NCBI GenBank assembly: GCA_977017575.1
Contig: CDRNVI010000037.1
Span: 310,001 to 374,000, forward strand
Source: Paramoeba atlantica
Taxonomy: Eukaryota > Protista > Discosea
DNA: 64,000 nucleotides
Reading direction: 5' to 3'
Shown: in pieces, positions 24,021 through 34,992 of the stretch
Position numbering within the stretch: the first letter of the stretch is position 1
Layout: each line of letters starts with the position of its first letter
Position numbers and translations under genes: made by a program
Notes under the pieces: model-generated
Told to the model about the DNA's origin: nothing
Seen by the model: only the letters and a program-made list of their open reading frames with translations
Databases searched by the model: none

Positions 24021-24476
24021 TCATTTTGCCGAAGGAAACAGACAATCAAGTTTTTCCTGGTTCCCACGAACAAATATTCGGTTCCATACTACTTGGGGAG
24101 AAATACGAGATTGTCTCGAATTACACGTATACATGTAAGACAATATTGATAACCAACCGTCACATCTAGTAACAACAGCGGGTATCCAAATGTAATGAAC
24201 GGCAGCTCGGAAAATGCTAGGAAACATGTCGCTTCCGACGCGTACCCACCATTCATACTCATTCTTCTGCACTTCAGGATTCCAATTGTAATTGCAACAG
24301 CTCCCCCATTCTTGCCATTCCCCTTCCGTGATATCAACTAGAGGGGCTAATTCTCTAGGATTCCCTACGTTGTCATCCAATAAATTGTTCGCCCGTGCAA
24401 CTGTAATTGGTGCAAGGCTACAGGATCGCGCGTACTGTAAGATAGAGTTTGGTCGAAACCACATGGTCGAAACCAC
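24021..24476 (-). pseudogene. Degenerate second hAT transposase, C-terminal dimerisation-domain fragment
   Basis: EWW..MFPSIFRAAVHYIWIPAVVTRCDGWLSIL..RQSRISP matches the hAT C-terminal pattern, with ERxFS decayed. Upstream frames contain stops. Confidence 0.7.
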
Positions 24477-25385
24477 ACAAAAAAATCTCCAACCTTCTAA
24501 TCATGACTTCAAGACTTCAAAATCAACTTTCACCTTTAAACGTCTTACGCACCTTGGTCAGAAATTTCAGTATCTGTTTCTCTTCTTTCTCCCCTTAAAA
24601 TAAACGCTCGATAAGCGCTTCGCTTTTTCTGCTGTGCTGAAAGATGCATACACCAGTCTCTTTTTTGATACAATTATTATGTATCCGATTTCACCATACA
24701 AAGAGTAATACCTTGTGATGTCTTCTTTTCCCGTAGAGAAGGGAAGGTGTTCAATGGTGATAGAGCGTTCGTCACGCTCTTCGTGCGCAGAGTGTAAAGC
24801 TTTGAGAGATTCAAACTAGTCGTCTCGTTTACGCTTTGCATCTCTTTCCTTGTCGGAAATACCGTTTCCTTTATTTGATTGACTTGCCGATTGATTCTGC
24901 CGACGTCTTAGTATATTCGAAGAAAGTTTTAAAAAAATGAAGGTGAGTCTAGAAACATCCAACTCAAAAAGCACTAGAGGGGGGACTCATTTATTGTTAA
25001 CAATCGATAAATTCATTTATTGAATGAAATTTAATGAATTATTTTCGGTTTTTTCGTGTGACTTGAATTTTTTGTTCCATATGGTCATGTTTTGTAGTGT
25101 TCAAGATAAGTAAAATGATGCGCTTAACGATATTGTGCGAAACAATATTATTGAAACAACGGACTTTCAGCCGCCCGACGATCGCAGTATACAAATTCAT
25201 ACAAAACATTTTGATAATCATTCGTTTGGATAAAAGTCAAAAAGTCCTTTTATCAAAATTAATCAGAGAGGGGGTATTATTGTTAAAATTCGATTATTGT
25301 TAGCAAAAACTTCTCAAAAAAATTGCTAAGAATAATCGACCCCCCCCTTTACATGAAATAAGATGTTTTTTGTTATACTTTTAAT

Positions 25386-28298
25386 ATGCACAGTTTTCCT
25401 ACACTACCCTTAACTACTGCTTCGATTGTTTTTTTCAACAGATGCGAAAACCTTTCACGTCGCATTTTCCCTATTCTTCTCTTCAAGCTTCACGCTTCCG
25501 AAGATACTGCCACTTTCTCTACCCCAGTACAACAAGAAACTCACAACAAAGTTCCTCGCGCTTCTTCTGCTTCTGCTTCCTCCCCGCTTCATTCCTCACA
25601 ACCTCTGCTGCGCTCTAAAGCTCGTGAGATTCATCTAACCCCAGGGAAGCACTTTCTTGAGCAGAAAAAAGCTTTTGATTCGCTCGAACACAAACTTCGA
25701 GACGTGTGGACGAGTGAGTTAACGGGTCTGTTTGACATCGATGCGCCCAATTCCGAAGTCAAAGATGATGTTTCGGTGTCGATTTTAGAAGCAAAAAGAG
25801 CTCCTGCTCAAGCGTTTTGGTGCGCCGTCCGCTCTGATTTAGAAATGTTTCATAGTATGCGCGAAGTGGATACGTTCTTCTCGTATATTACCTGCTACTT
25901 TGAAAATTGTCTAAGGTTAAGGAACCAACTAACTCCTATAAAAACTATAGACGTACCCGATACCACAGTTGGGCAGAATGGTTGTGAGGTCAAAGAAGAT
26001 CTTTCTTCGTCAACATCCCAAGTACAAGGTGAAAAGAATTCCAATCCGATATGTCCTTCGGCCTTTTATGATTTACTACCTCCGCAAAGCTTATGGCTCG
26101 AGTTGATTGATGTTTCATTGTTTTCGGATATTGAGATGCAATCGTTGGGATACGTAGTTCCCGTGTCTTCTCGTGTGCCTTTCGCTAATGGAGATTTCAC
26201 TTTGCGACTGGTTTCGTATTGGAATAATTTTTATATGGACATTTGGCGGCACAGGAATGCATCGAAGACCGTTGACAAACGCACAAATTCAAGCGAGATT
26301 TCCAAGCTTAAAAAAGAGATTCAAACTTCGCATTGCAAAGAATCAAAACAAGAATTTCCTCTTCCTAATGCAACAAAAAATTCTTCTATGCATCCTATTC
26401 GAGAATCTGATTTAAAGTCTGTTTTCAGCAAAGCAGTAGTCGTCTTAGCAAAGCTTTTCCAACCCGGTGCAGCTCGTAACCTTCTATTAGGAAATCCACA
26501 AGAAAAATCATTTTTTTCTGTTTCATTCTTCCCACAGTTCTCTCCGGATGTGCAGCACGAACTCTTATTCGTGTTTGCTCTCGGGTTTCTTAAATCAGGC
26601 CACCGACCTTTGTTAAAGCGGCTGGAAGCTCTTTCACTTTTTACGGATTTGATTCACTGTCTACCCAATGGGATGAAGTCTTTTCTCACTCCCTCCAGTT
26701 CTTCGGACGATACACTTCTAGCAGCCGAATCTGCTCGAGTCATTCTCCTTTGTTATGCAATAAAACAAATGGCAGAAATATTGCCCCCAACGCCGAGCGT
26801 AAAATTAGCTTTTTCAAATCTCGTTGAACACATTCACGACACGCTCTATGTTCCTCTTAATAACATTCTTCGTCAAATCGATTCCAACTGGTTTGATACT
26901 CATTTCCCTCGAGGCGGAATTCCAACCAATCGTTCGGACTTTGAATCTTTCTGTCACGTCCCAAGTTCCAAACTTTCAAACCGCAAGGAAACAGACAAAG
27001 CACCGGAATCCGACACTGAAACTAACGAAAACGCTGTGTCTTCCAGCTCTTCTTCTCTAAAGGACACCATTCTCCACGATCTCTCTATTTTCATGTTACA
27101 ACTTTACGCCCATCAGCGGCATGAAGTCACCACGACCTTCTTTCACACCCTCTCCGAGTCCCTGGGTGAGCTGTTGCCTCGTCACTGTCACGCTCTCATT
27201 CGTTTCTACCTTCTAGAGCATAACTTAGTGGCAGCTGTCGAAACCTTACGTGCCCTGGCCACCAAATACGGAAGATTGGGTTCTTCTTCGTCTTCTCCCA
27301 TATCCGATCTCGATAAAATCGCCTTTCAGATCGCCCATGACGAAGTGATTTGCGCGCTTACCTCACCTCGAGCTAAAATAGAGGGCAAAACGTTGGATCC
27401 AACCGATTCGAACAATGCAAACCTCTCGGCTTTAAAGGTAAAACAAAAGGAGGAGAAAAATACCATTTCATTTGGTTCTTCGGGGGTTATCTCATCAAAA
27501 GAAGAAGCTGAAAAGACTTTTGTGGACGCCAAATCCTTTTTTTCGAAAAAGGGGAATGAAAGCGATAGTCTTAAAATTTCACCCCCCGGAGTTCTGCCTT
27601 CTGCTCCCTACGGGGATGGTTGCGATGCTGCACCCCCGGAGGAGGTCGCGACGGGGTACCAGATATTTTTACTTCACCGCTCGTTTGGGTATCGCCCCTC
27701 TCGGGCCGCATTGGAGAGCTTAACTTCAGCGTTAAGTGTTCGGGGGGATGGGGCTGTGTTTCCGGCCGTCGATGTGGCGCTCTCCGGGGCTACGTTTCTG
27801 GAAACCCCCACGATGGCAGCTTTTTCTGTTATGACGAAGCATAACGCGGAGCGAAGCAACGACTTGGAGGTGGAAAAGAAACCCAGCGAGCAAGAAAATG
27901 ACGTGGAAGACGAATTGGGAATTAAAAAGGGTGCGGATTCGCTTAAATCCGTTTTTGATCTCCCGGATGATGACCATACGGCGGATTCTGAGGTTTTGGG
28001 CTCGTCTTCTCGAAGTGTTTTGTCTCTTTCTGTGATTGAACACTTGTTCGCGACGTGCTACTACCAGAATGACCGTTCTCGGGCCCGGCAGTTGTTTCGT
28101 TCGCTCTCGAGTGCGAATCCCGGAGTTGCGTTTCACCTTTCGGCTCAAACGCAGGAAATGTTACGGCGTCTGGAGGTTGCAGATTTTTGTCCAACTCATT
28201 TGTTTCATCCAGATGCTCGGGAAAAGGCTGAGGATAGAAATCTGTGTCATTTACCTCCGTTGAAATCGGAGAAAGGTTCATGTGAAGGCACGGCGTGA
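25386..28298 (+). CDS. Large helical-repeat (PPR-like) hypothetical protein, 970 aa
   Basis: Long ORF with helix-pair segments such as CHALIRFYLLEHNLVAAVETLRAL and VIEHLFATCYYQNDRSRARQLFRSL. Confidence 0.6.
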   Translation: MHSFPTLPLTTASIVFFNRCENLSRRIFPILLFKLHASEDTATFSTPVQQETHNKVPRASSASASSPLHSSQPLLRSKAREIHLTPGKHFLEQKKAFDSLEHKLRDVWTSELTGLFDIDAPNSEVKDDVSVSILEAKRAPAQAFWCAVRSDLEMFHSMREVDTFFSYITCYFENCLRLRNQLTPIKTIDVPDTTVGQNGCEVKEDLSSSTSQVQGEKNSNPICPSAFYDLLPPQSLWLELIDVSLFSDIEMQSLGYVVPVSSRVPFANGDFTLRLVSYWNNFYMDIWRHRNASKTVDKRTNSSEISKLKKEIQTSHCKESKQEFPLPNATKNSSMHPIRESDLKSVFSKAVVVLAKLFQPGAARNLLLGNPQEKSFFSVSFFPQFSPDVQHELLFVFALGFLKSGHRPLLKRLEALSLFTDLIHCLPNGMKSFLTPSSSSDDTLLAAESARVILLCYAIKQMAEILPPTPSVKLAFSNLVEHIHDTLYVPLNNILRQIDSNWFDTHFPRGGIPTNRSDFESFCHVPSSKLSNRKETDKAPESDTETNENAVSSSSSSLKDTILHDLSIFMLQLYAHQRHEVTTTFFHTLSESLGELLPRHCHALIRFYLLEHNLVAAVETLRALATKYGRLGSSSSSPISDLDKIAFQIAHDEVICALTSPRAKIEGKTLDPTDSNNANLSALKVKQKEEKNTISFGSSGVISSKEEAEKTFVDAKSFFSKKGNESDSLKISPPGVLPSAPYGDGCDAAPPEEVATGYQIFLLHRSFGYRPSRAALESLTSALSVRGDGAVFPAVDVALSGATFLETPTMAAFSVMTKHNAERSNDLEVEKKPSEQENDVEDELGIKKGADSLKSVFDLPDDDHTADSEVLGSSSRSVLSLSVIEHLFATCYYQNDRSRARQLFRSLSSANPGVAFHLSAQTQEMLRRLEVADFCPTHLFHPDAREKAEDRNLCHLPPLKSEKGSCEGTA

Positions 28299-28594
28299 GG
28301 GCTTCAAAGGCATGGGAATTCAATTTTTTCAAGTGATTCATCGATTGCGTAAACAGGCTGATAACGGAATCTTCGTTTGAGAACTTTAAATTTATCATGG
28401 TATAAATATGGTTTCTCTCACAATTTCAAAAAACACTTTAAAAACACTCACTGCTTCTAGAATTTAGAATGAAGCTTAGAATCACATGATCGATCAACCT
28501 GCATCATTACATCATCTCTTTACGACCACGCACAACTTTTGTGTTTGTGATTCACATTTACTTTTCACAACATTACAAACACGTTTTTCTTTTT

Positions 28595-29173
28595 ATGGAC
28601 GTTCCTCAAGCCCACAAAGTACGCGGTGTCTCTCTACCACAGGAATTTATGCTCATACGATTAATGGAGAATATTATCAATCCACTCCCCTCCTGGAACC
28701 CTGATACCCCAGCGTATGCATGGGAAGGGGTCAGTTGTGAGGATGAGACCATCCATTCGTTTATCTGTGAGAGCAGAAATATCACAGGCACGCTGCGCTG
28801 GGAAGAGTTGCCTCGTTCTCTGATCCATTTCAGTGTCTATCGTAACAAACTCACTGGGGAGGTTGATCTCAGTCGTCTACCCCCGGGGCTAAAATCATTG
28901 AATGGCTCCTACAATGATTTTACGGGGGGCGTGGATTTGTGTCATCTCCCCGACACACTTGTGGAATTGTTATTTTCTGGAAATTTGTTGAGCGGTCATA
29001 CGGACTTTGCACACCTCCCTCCTAATCTTCGAGCCATGTCTTTCCGAAATAATGTTAAAATGAGCGGTGTTTTACGGTTCACGGAACTCCCGCCGAGGCT
29101 CACCTATCGGCCCATACAAGGGACAGCGATTACAGACATTAACGACTGGGGTGGAGTTGAAGGCAATGAATGA
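28595..29173 (+). CDS. LRR-family protein
   Basis: HKVRGVSLPQE motif, WEGVSC cap and LRRs; closest to 19873. First ATG at 28595. Confidence 0.88.
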   Translation: MDVPQAHKVRGVSLPQEFMLIRLMENIINPLPSWNPDTPAYAWEGVSCEDETIHSFICESRNITGTLRWEELPRSLIHFSVYRNKLTGEVDLSRLPPGLKSLNGSYNDFTGGVDLCHLPDTLVELLFSGNLLSGHTDFAHLPPNLRAMSFRNNVKMSGVLRFTELPPRLTYRPIQGTAITDINDWGGVEGNE

Positions 29174-29467
29174 AAACGAAATGAAACCAAGTGCTGAGTA
29201 AATAACAAAAACTAGATACTAAACAGATCGCTCTTCTTTCTGAACGTTAAGTTGAAAAGCGTGATTTTCTTTGCGGTTTTTTTCGTTATTTTGGACTAAA
29301 AGGGGTAAAACCGTTCCAATTCTAGGTCGGTAAGCTCCCAACAAGGTCTGTTCATTATCATTTTACTCTCTTTGCAGGCTCTTTGCATCTTACATATTTA
29401 AAATGATGTGACAACGGTAGACTCTCCCTCAATACAGATGATACAACTATTTATGTTTGATTTTTCA

Positions 29468-29605
29468 CGCGGGCCTGAGCCATACGCGGCATTGTTGGTG
29501 GGAAACAATTTGCGAAACCCGAGGGGGTGGTATGGCGAGGGCCCGCGTGAGCGGGCCTGAGCCATACGCGGCGTTGTTAGAGGGAAACAATCTGCGAAGC
29601 CCGAT
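29468..29605. repeat. Two imperfect ~50-bp direct repeats (GGGCCTGAGCCATACGCGGC...)
   Basis: Copies start at ~29470 and ~29552. Confidence 0.6.
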
Positions 29606-29862
29606 GTACACGCACTAAAGCATCCGCTTTTTGCCTGATAAAAACAAATTTCTGGAAGACAAAAGTGTGGGCGGAGGGAAAAATAACCTGAGCGTGAAGA
29701 AAATTCTCTGAAAAAAGCGTCGAAAAGCGGAAGAATATCAGGAAAATATTTGGTGAAAGTCAAGCATTATTTCACGAAAAAAGCATAATATTCACATTTG
29801 ATCATATTTTACTTGCAAAGTCTTTTTTAGGGTATTTTTCGCATATATCTGCACTACTCTCG

Positions 29863-30135
29863 ATGGATTGCTCGTTTTGCTCCGATTTCGAGCGTACAGA
29901 TAGTATTAGCTATAGTGTGCTCGCCCGCGCCCCCGAAAATGATATTATCGAGTGGTTGAAAGGCCACAAATTTGTTTTCCAGAGCGTTACCTGTAGCAAG
30001 AGGCATGAAACTTTCATTTGCGCCCTGAAAGGAGATCACTGGGTCTGCACCGATCGTTTGTGTCGGAGTCGTACATGCCACATGCAGCCACTCCTAACTT
30101 CCTTCGGTGATGCTTTATTATTTCTAAAAGTGTGA
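29863..30135 (+). pseudogene. Probable N-terminal zinc-ribbon fragment of a Merlin/IS1595-like transposase
   Basis: IIEWLKGHKFVFQSVTCSKRH..WVCTDRLCRS pattern; truncated, with no DDE domain. Confidence 0.45.
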
Positions 30136-30360
30136 AATAATGCTTGACTTTGACCAAATATTTTTTTGTCATTTTTTCCGTCCAGTTGAATTTTTTTCAA
30201 TTTCTTTTTTCTTAAAAAATCCGAACTTGGCGGATTCTTCAATCCTTACGTCTTTAATATTATCTCCTCCTTTAGCTTTTTCTCCGAATCTCTCGATTAG
30301 TTTCCCTGCTTTCTTGTTCTTCTCCCATGCCTTTCCTATTTTCCCACCGCAACCCAAATT

Positions 30361-33300
30361 ATGCAGCTTGAACCTTTTGCCTCCGCGCTCCTAGTCAGTG
30401 AGGAGGGGTTCTACTGTGTTCTGCGTGTCCCACTCGACCCCTCCCGGGTGACCATCTCTACTCCTTTTGCTCTTCCCCAGACACTCCCCTCGCTGCACTA
30501 CACTGCCACCTCCCCGAATTTGCCTTTTACAGAGTCCAGCAAAACGCAAAAAGGACCGACATGGACGTTAGAACTCATTACAGCAGCTCCACCGCGTTTT
30601 TCTCCTGATTACCATCAAGATGTGGATACAAATAAACAAACTGCAAATCTCACTAACCCATCGAAAGTAAACACGGAAGTAAACGCTGAATTTGGTCAAG
30701 ATGTATTGTTATCCAACAAGAGGCACCAACACAACAAAATAAAGACGACTCACTCCAAGGAGGTGGGAGCAGGACTCTCTTCTACTTCTTCTTCCTCCTC
30801 CTCCTCTCTTTCTTCGAAATATGCTGAAAAAGACGAAAAAGAGCATCTCTCCTCCAGCCATCTTTCCTCCTCTCTTTCTTCAAAACGTGCTGAAAAAGAA
30901 GAAAAAGACCATCTCTCCTCCAGCCATCTTTCCTCCTCTCTTTCTTCAAAACGTGCCGAAAAAGACGAAAAAGACCATCTCTCCTCCACTCTTTCCTCCT
31001 CCTCTCCTTCTTCAAAACGTGCTGAAAAAGACGAAAAAGACCATCGCTCCTCCACCCTTTCCTCTTCTCCTTCTTCAAAACGTGCCGAAAAAGACGAAAA
31101 AGACCATCCCTCCTCCCCCCTTTTTTCCTCCTCTCTTTCTTCGAATACTGAAGAAAAACACGAAAAAGGGGATCCCTCCTCCACCTTTTCTTCCCCCCCT
31201 TCCCCCTCCTCCCCCCCTTCCCCCCTCCCCCCCTTCCCCCCCCTCGGCGACGTCCACTCCCGCAACGACTTCCTCACCGGACACCTCTCCCTTGCGAACG
31301 GCCCCCGGCACGTGCAGCTCAAGGCCACCCCGCGCCGGGTCCCCTCCAGCCCCCGACCCCTCGAGACCGACCTGGTCGCCACGCTGCAGCGGCTGATGAA
31401 CGACCCCGGGGTGAACCCGCGGAGGGGGGCGCTGCCGCTGGGGGTGCTGGGGGGACGCGCGCGGCAGGACAACGGTCCGGCCTATGTGGCTGTGCTGTGT
31501 GGGGGGGGGAAGGGGGAGGGGGAGGGGGAGGGGGGGAAGGAAAAGGGGGGGAAGGAAAAGGGCGTCATGGGGGAAGGGGGAGGGGAGGGGAAGGGGAAGA
31601 AAGGGGAAAGGGGGGAAAACGGGGAAAGGGGGGAAAACGGGGAAAGGGGGGAAAAGGGGGAAAACGGGGAGGAGAGGAAGGTTGTGAAAAGAGGGGAAGG
31701 AGGGAGGGTGGAGGAAAAGGAGGGGGGGGAAGGGATACGGGAGGGAGGAACATGTGTGGGGTTGTGCGATGATGAGATGGGCTCGGAGGGAACGTTTGAT
31801 GAAATGGCCTCGCTTTCGGCGCTTGCTTCTTTGCTTCGTTCCCATGATGATATTTTTACGGTTTTTACGCTTTCAAGGAAAGAGATTGCGGCGCGTGGGC
31901 TGCGTGGGGCGGACAGCACAGGGCTGCGTGTTGCTCTCAAAACAGGTGCGAAGCAAGGACAGAGTCTGGAGCTGGATTTAATGCCGGTAGGCGTGCGAGA
32001 AAAGCTGCTAGGTCGTCTCACGGATGTCCTACGCGGCCGTACGCATACGATCCATGAACTTCACCGCGTGGTGTGTTCGATTCAGCACCGTTCCCAGCGT
32101 AAATATTTAAGTCCCATGTTCTCGATGGTGATGAAAGTGTTGCAACGGTATAAAAAACAATATTGGTGGAGTACCGACCCGACAACCCCGATGCGAGTTG
32201 GATTGTTAAGTGGGAGAATGAAGAGCTTCTCTGGGGAGAGCGAAAAAACGGGAATGGGTTCGGAAAGGACGGCACGGACCGGGGAGGTACGGGGAAGGAG
32301 CACCGCACAAAGGCAGGACAGAGAGAGACAGGTAGGAGGACCGAGAAACGAGAAGGAAAGGGTAGAAGATGGTGTCACACAAGAGCAGATTTCTTCAACG
32401 AGACAACGCTCTTTTTCGGGTTTTCCTTCACGCGGACATTTCGTTTCGTCATCGGATGATCGGGAGAAACGGAACACCTCTCTGCACCCTTGGATGAGTT
32501 CATGGGAGTTAAGCGCAGTAGACAAATGCACATCCAGGAAACATAGACGAGGCACCGGAAGAAAGAGCATGGCACCCACTCCGCCTAGGGTTTTCGGTGA
32601 CGTTTTGCAAAAAGATTCCTCCGTCACCAGCACCCTCCCATCTCCCGGGACCACTCTTTTTACCGCGCAGCCCTTCAACGATCAGTTTTCATCCCCCTCT
32701 TCCTCTCCGAATCTACCCTCCACCCCTCCAGGCGTGACTCCAGTCTCTCATTTACCTTTACTCCCCAAGACACGGCCCACAACCTCGGAAACCTCTCCCT
32801 CTCTTCTACCCCACGATAGTGGGCTACTTCCCACAGAGAATTCACTAAATTCTCAAAAAGACTTACAAGGCAACAACAGTTCCTGGGGTTCCATGACGGC
32901 TTTAAATCCCCCTTTTTCTTCTCTGGTCTCCGATGCCCCAATCTGTGATTCTACTCCACATGAGAATCACTCGTTTGCGTCACAACAACCTGAGTTGTGG
33001 CTTTCCAGAGCTTCTGCTCTGGAATCTCAGAATCAAACCAAGAATTCACAAGAATCCCTTTTTTCCGGTTCTACCGAAAAGAACGACCACCCGAGTTTGT
33101 TTCAAAACTGGGGGAATTGGTCCTCTTCGTTCCTACCCTCTCATGAGGCAATTTCTCGGGAAAATGAGAGTGAGTTGCGCCTCCCACGGGAGAGTGAGAT
33201 GCAACGTTTGGGGGGAAAGGTCACAATGCACGCAAACCATGGCGTGTGGGCAGAGAATAACTCTTCCTCTGCTTCGTCCTCTTCTTCTACAATGATTGAA

Positions 33301-33414
33301 AGTTTGTTGGGTCGTCTTGAAACGCTGTTGCACAACCAGCGCCCTCAAGAGCGAGATGGTGCAGAGGTTGTGGATGGCTCCAATCCAGAAGAGGAGTATG
33401 AAACTACATCCTAG
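30361..33414 (+). CDS. Low-complexity hypothetical protein with internal tandem repeats and LOTUS/wHTH-like segments, 1017 aa
   Basis: About 5 copies of SSKRAEKDEKDH at 30800-31200, GENGERG repeats, and GALPLGVLGG...SLSALASLLRSHDDIFTVF. Confidence 0.6.
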   Translation: MQLEPFASALLVSEEGFYCVLRVPLDPSRVTISTPFALPQTLPSLHYTATSPNLPFTESSKTQKGPTWTLELITAAPPRFSPDYHQDVDTNKQTANLTNPSKVNTEVNAEFGQDVLLSNKRHQHNKIKTTHSKEVGAGLSSTSSSSSSSLSSKYAEKDEKEHLSSSHLSSSLSSKRAEKEEKDHLSSSHLSSSLSSKRAEKDEKDHLSSTLSSSSPSSKRAEKDEKDHRSSTLSSSPSSKRAEKDEKDHPSSPLFSSSLSSNTEEKHEKGDPSSTFSSPPSPSSPPSPLPPFPPLGDVHSRNDFLTGHLSLANGPRHVQLKATPRRVPSSPRPLETDLVATLQRLMNDPGVNPRRGALPLGVLGGRARQDNGPAYVAVLCGGGKGEGEGEGGKEKGGKEKGVMGEGGGEGKGKKGERGENGERGENGERGEKGENGEERKVVKRGEGGRVEEKEGGEGIREGGTCVGLCDDEMGSEGTFDEMASLSALASLLRSHDDIFTVFTLSRKEIAARGLRGADSTGLRVALKTGAKQGQSLELDLMPVGVREKLLGRLTDVLRGRTHTIHELHRVVCSIQHRSQRKYLSPMFSMVMKVLQRYKKQYWWSTDPTTPMRVGLLSGRMKSFSGESEKTGMGSERTARTGEVRGRSTAQRQDRERQVGGPRNEKERVEDGVTQEQISSTRQRSFSGFPSRGHFVSSSDDREKRNTSLHPWMSSWELSAVDKCTSRKHRRGTGRKSMAPTPPRVFGDVLQKDSSVTSTLPSPGTTLFTAQPFNDQFSSPSSSPNLPSTPPGVTPVSHLPLLPKTRPTTSETSPSLLPHDSGLLPTENSLNSQKDLQGNNSSWGSMTALNPPFSSLVSDAPICDSTPHENHSFASQQPELWLSRASALESQNQTKNSQESLFSGSTEKNDHPSLFQNWGNWSSSFLPSHEAISRENESELRLPRESEMQRLGGKVTMHANHGVWAENNSSSASSSSSTMIESLLGRLETLLHNQRPQERDGAEVVDGSNPEEEYETTS

Positions 33415-33850
33415 TTTAGGTAGCGAGCTACTCTTTTACGTTTGCATTTGTACATGCATTTATATAGAACATGAGATCCCCAAAAAATTGTAAAGAACTT
33501 GAGATCCCCATGATAAGAAAAACTCTTTTACGCTGCATGTTGCGGAGCGTGTTCGTTCCTCTTTTTAAATGCACCCCTTTAAAAAATACAATGGCTAAAA
33601 AATGATGTTGTGCACATAGAAAATCATTTCAAGTTCTTCATCTTTAAACGTTTTTGAGTCCCTCATTTTTTCTTGCCGTAGTGCGAATTGAAAGCAAGTT
33701 GGCAAAAGAATAAAGGGTATTAAAAAGTCTCATAAAATACGTGTATTATCTGATTTATTAGAATAATATATTTCGCGGATTTTTGCTTACATTACATGAA
33801 CAACGGGTCCTGAAACTACCCGTACATAAAGTAACAAATTGCAAGTAACA

Positions 33851-33859
33851 TTTTTTCAG
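33851..33859 (+). promoter_or_regulatory. Putative trans-splice acceptor TTTTTTCAG, conserved upstream of paralogues A, B (39857) and C (42046)
   Basis: The same GTAACA-T-run-CAG lies ~20 nt before each ATG. Confidence 0.4.
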
Positions 33860-33878
33860 ATACGAACTCTATTCCTTT

Positions 33879-34547
33879 ATGTTGAGGTTAAACGTTTTAA
33901 CCAGCGAATCCCTGTCGATTCGTAAATCTCGCTTAGGAAGAGTCGGTCTAAATTCTCAACCTGACGAAATTATGCTATTGATGTTCATACAAGAAATTGA
34001 AACTCATCATCGCAGTTGGAAATCTTCCTGTTCACCATGTAAATGGAGTGGGGTTGTCTGTAATCCCGAAGGGAATGTGCGCTCCATATATTGGAATAAC
34101 CACAATTTACGAGGATGCAATTTACGTTGGAGACACCTTCCTCAACAATTGGCATATCTAGACTTGTCGTCTAACAAACTAAGCGGTCCTGTATCACTCG
34201 ATGAATTCCCACGGGACATGCAGACAATAAGCTTATGCGACAATAAATTTACAGGGAACTTAAAGTTTTCTGAGTGCCCTCCAATGTTAAGATCGCTGTA
34301 TTTGCACGACAACAAGTTTCAAGGCATTGTAAATCTTCAAGACCTATCCGAGCGCGTACGTTGCATTAGCCTCTCAGGGAATTCAGGTCTTTACGGATGG
34401 TATGATTCAAAAAGGTTACCCGAGGATCTCAATGTCTTTTTGCTAGACGGCACATATATATTTGAAAAGCCTTCATCTTGGCAATATTTAACTTTAGTCT
34501 GTGCAATGGGTGCACTTGCTGGAGTCACTACACTATTACGTTTATGA
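33879..34547 (+). CDS. LRR-family protein, paralogue A, with a C-terminal hydrophobic tail
   Basis: SRLGRV motif, PCKWSGVVC cap, LRRs, and tail YLTLVCAMGALAGVTTLL. Confidence 0.9.
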   Translation: MLRLNVLTSESLSIRKSRLGRVGLNSQPDEIMLLMFIQEIETHHRSWKSSCSPCKWSGVVCNPEGNVRSIYWNNHNLRGCNLRWRHLPQQLAYLDLSSNKLSGPVSLDEFPRDMQTISLCDNKFTGNLKFSECPPMLRSLYLHDNKFQGIVNLQDLSERVRCISLSGNSGLYGWYDSKRLPEDLNVFLLDGTYIFEKPSSWQYLTLVCAMGALAGVTTLLRL

Positions 34548-34992
34548 CTCCATTCGTAATCGGCCACTGTACCCTCCCAGTAAGAGATATTTGGGGTACG
34601 TCTCTACTTCGTTGAATATTCAACGAACGGGATTTTAATTTTTTTTCGAGCGAGCGTTCGATTTTTTTAACATTTTAAATTGTCTCAACGGAGCAACAAA
34701 GGTAGCGCGTGGTACTAGAAACTCTTTTTCGGCAAGTCGATCTCATGTAGATTTTTGTTGTTGTTGTTTAACCCGTTTGGAGATTCCTGTGAACGAATGT
34801 GAAACGCACGGATGAAACATGGTGTTAGATACGTCGTGTATTATTAGAAAATATAAACGGGGGACCGGGAAAACATACCTGTAACACGATAACATACCGG
34901 GGGGTATGTTATCGTGAACAGGGGTGGATAACATACCCCCCCTCTGGATTTTGGAGTTGGGGGGACAATTTTTCTTAATTGAGACTTTTTTA

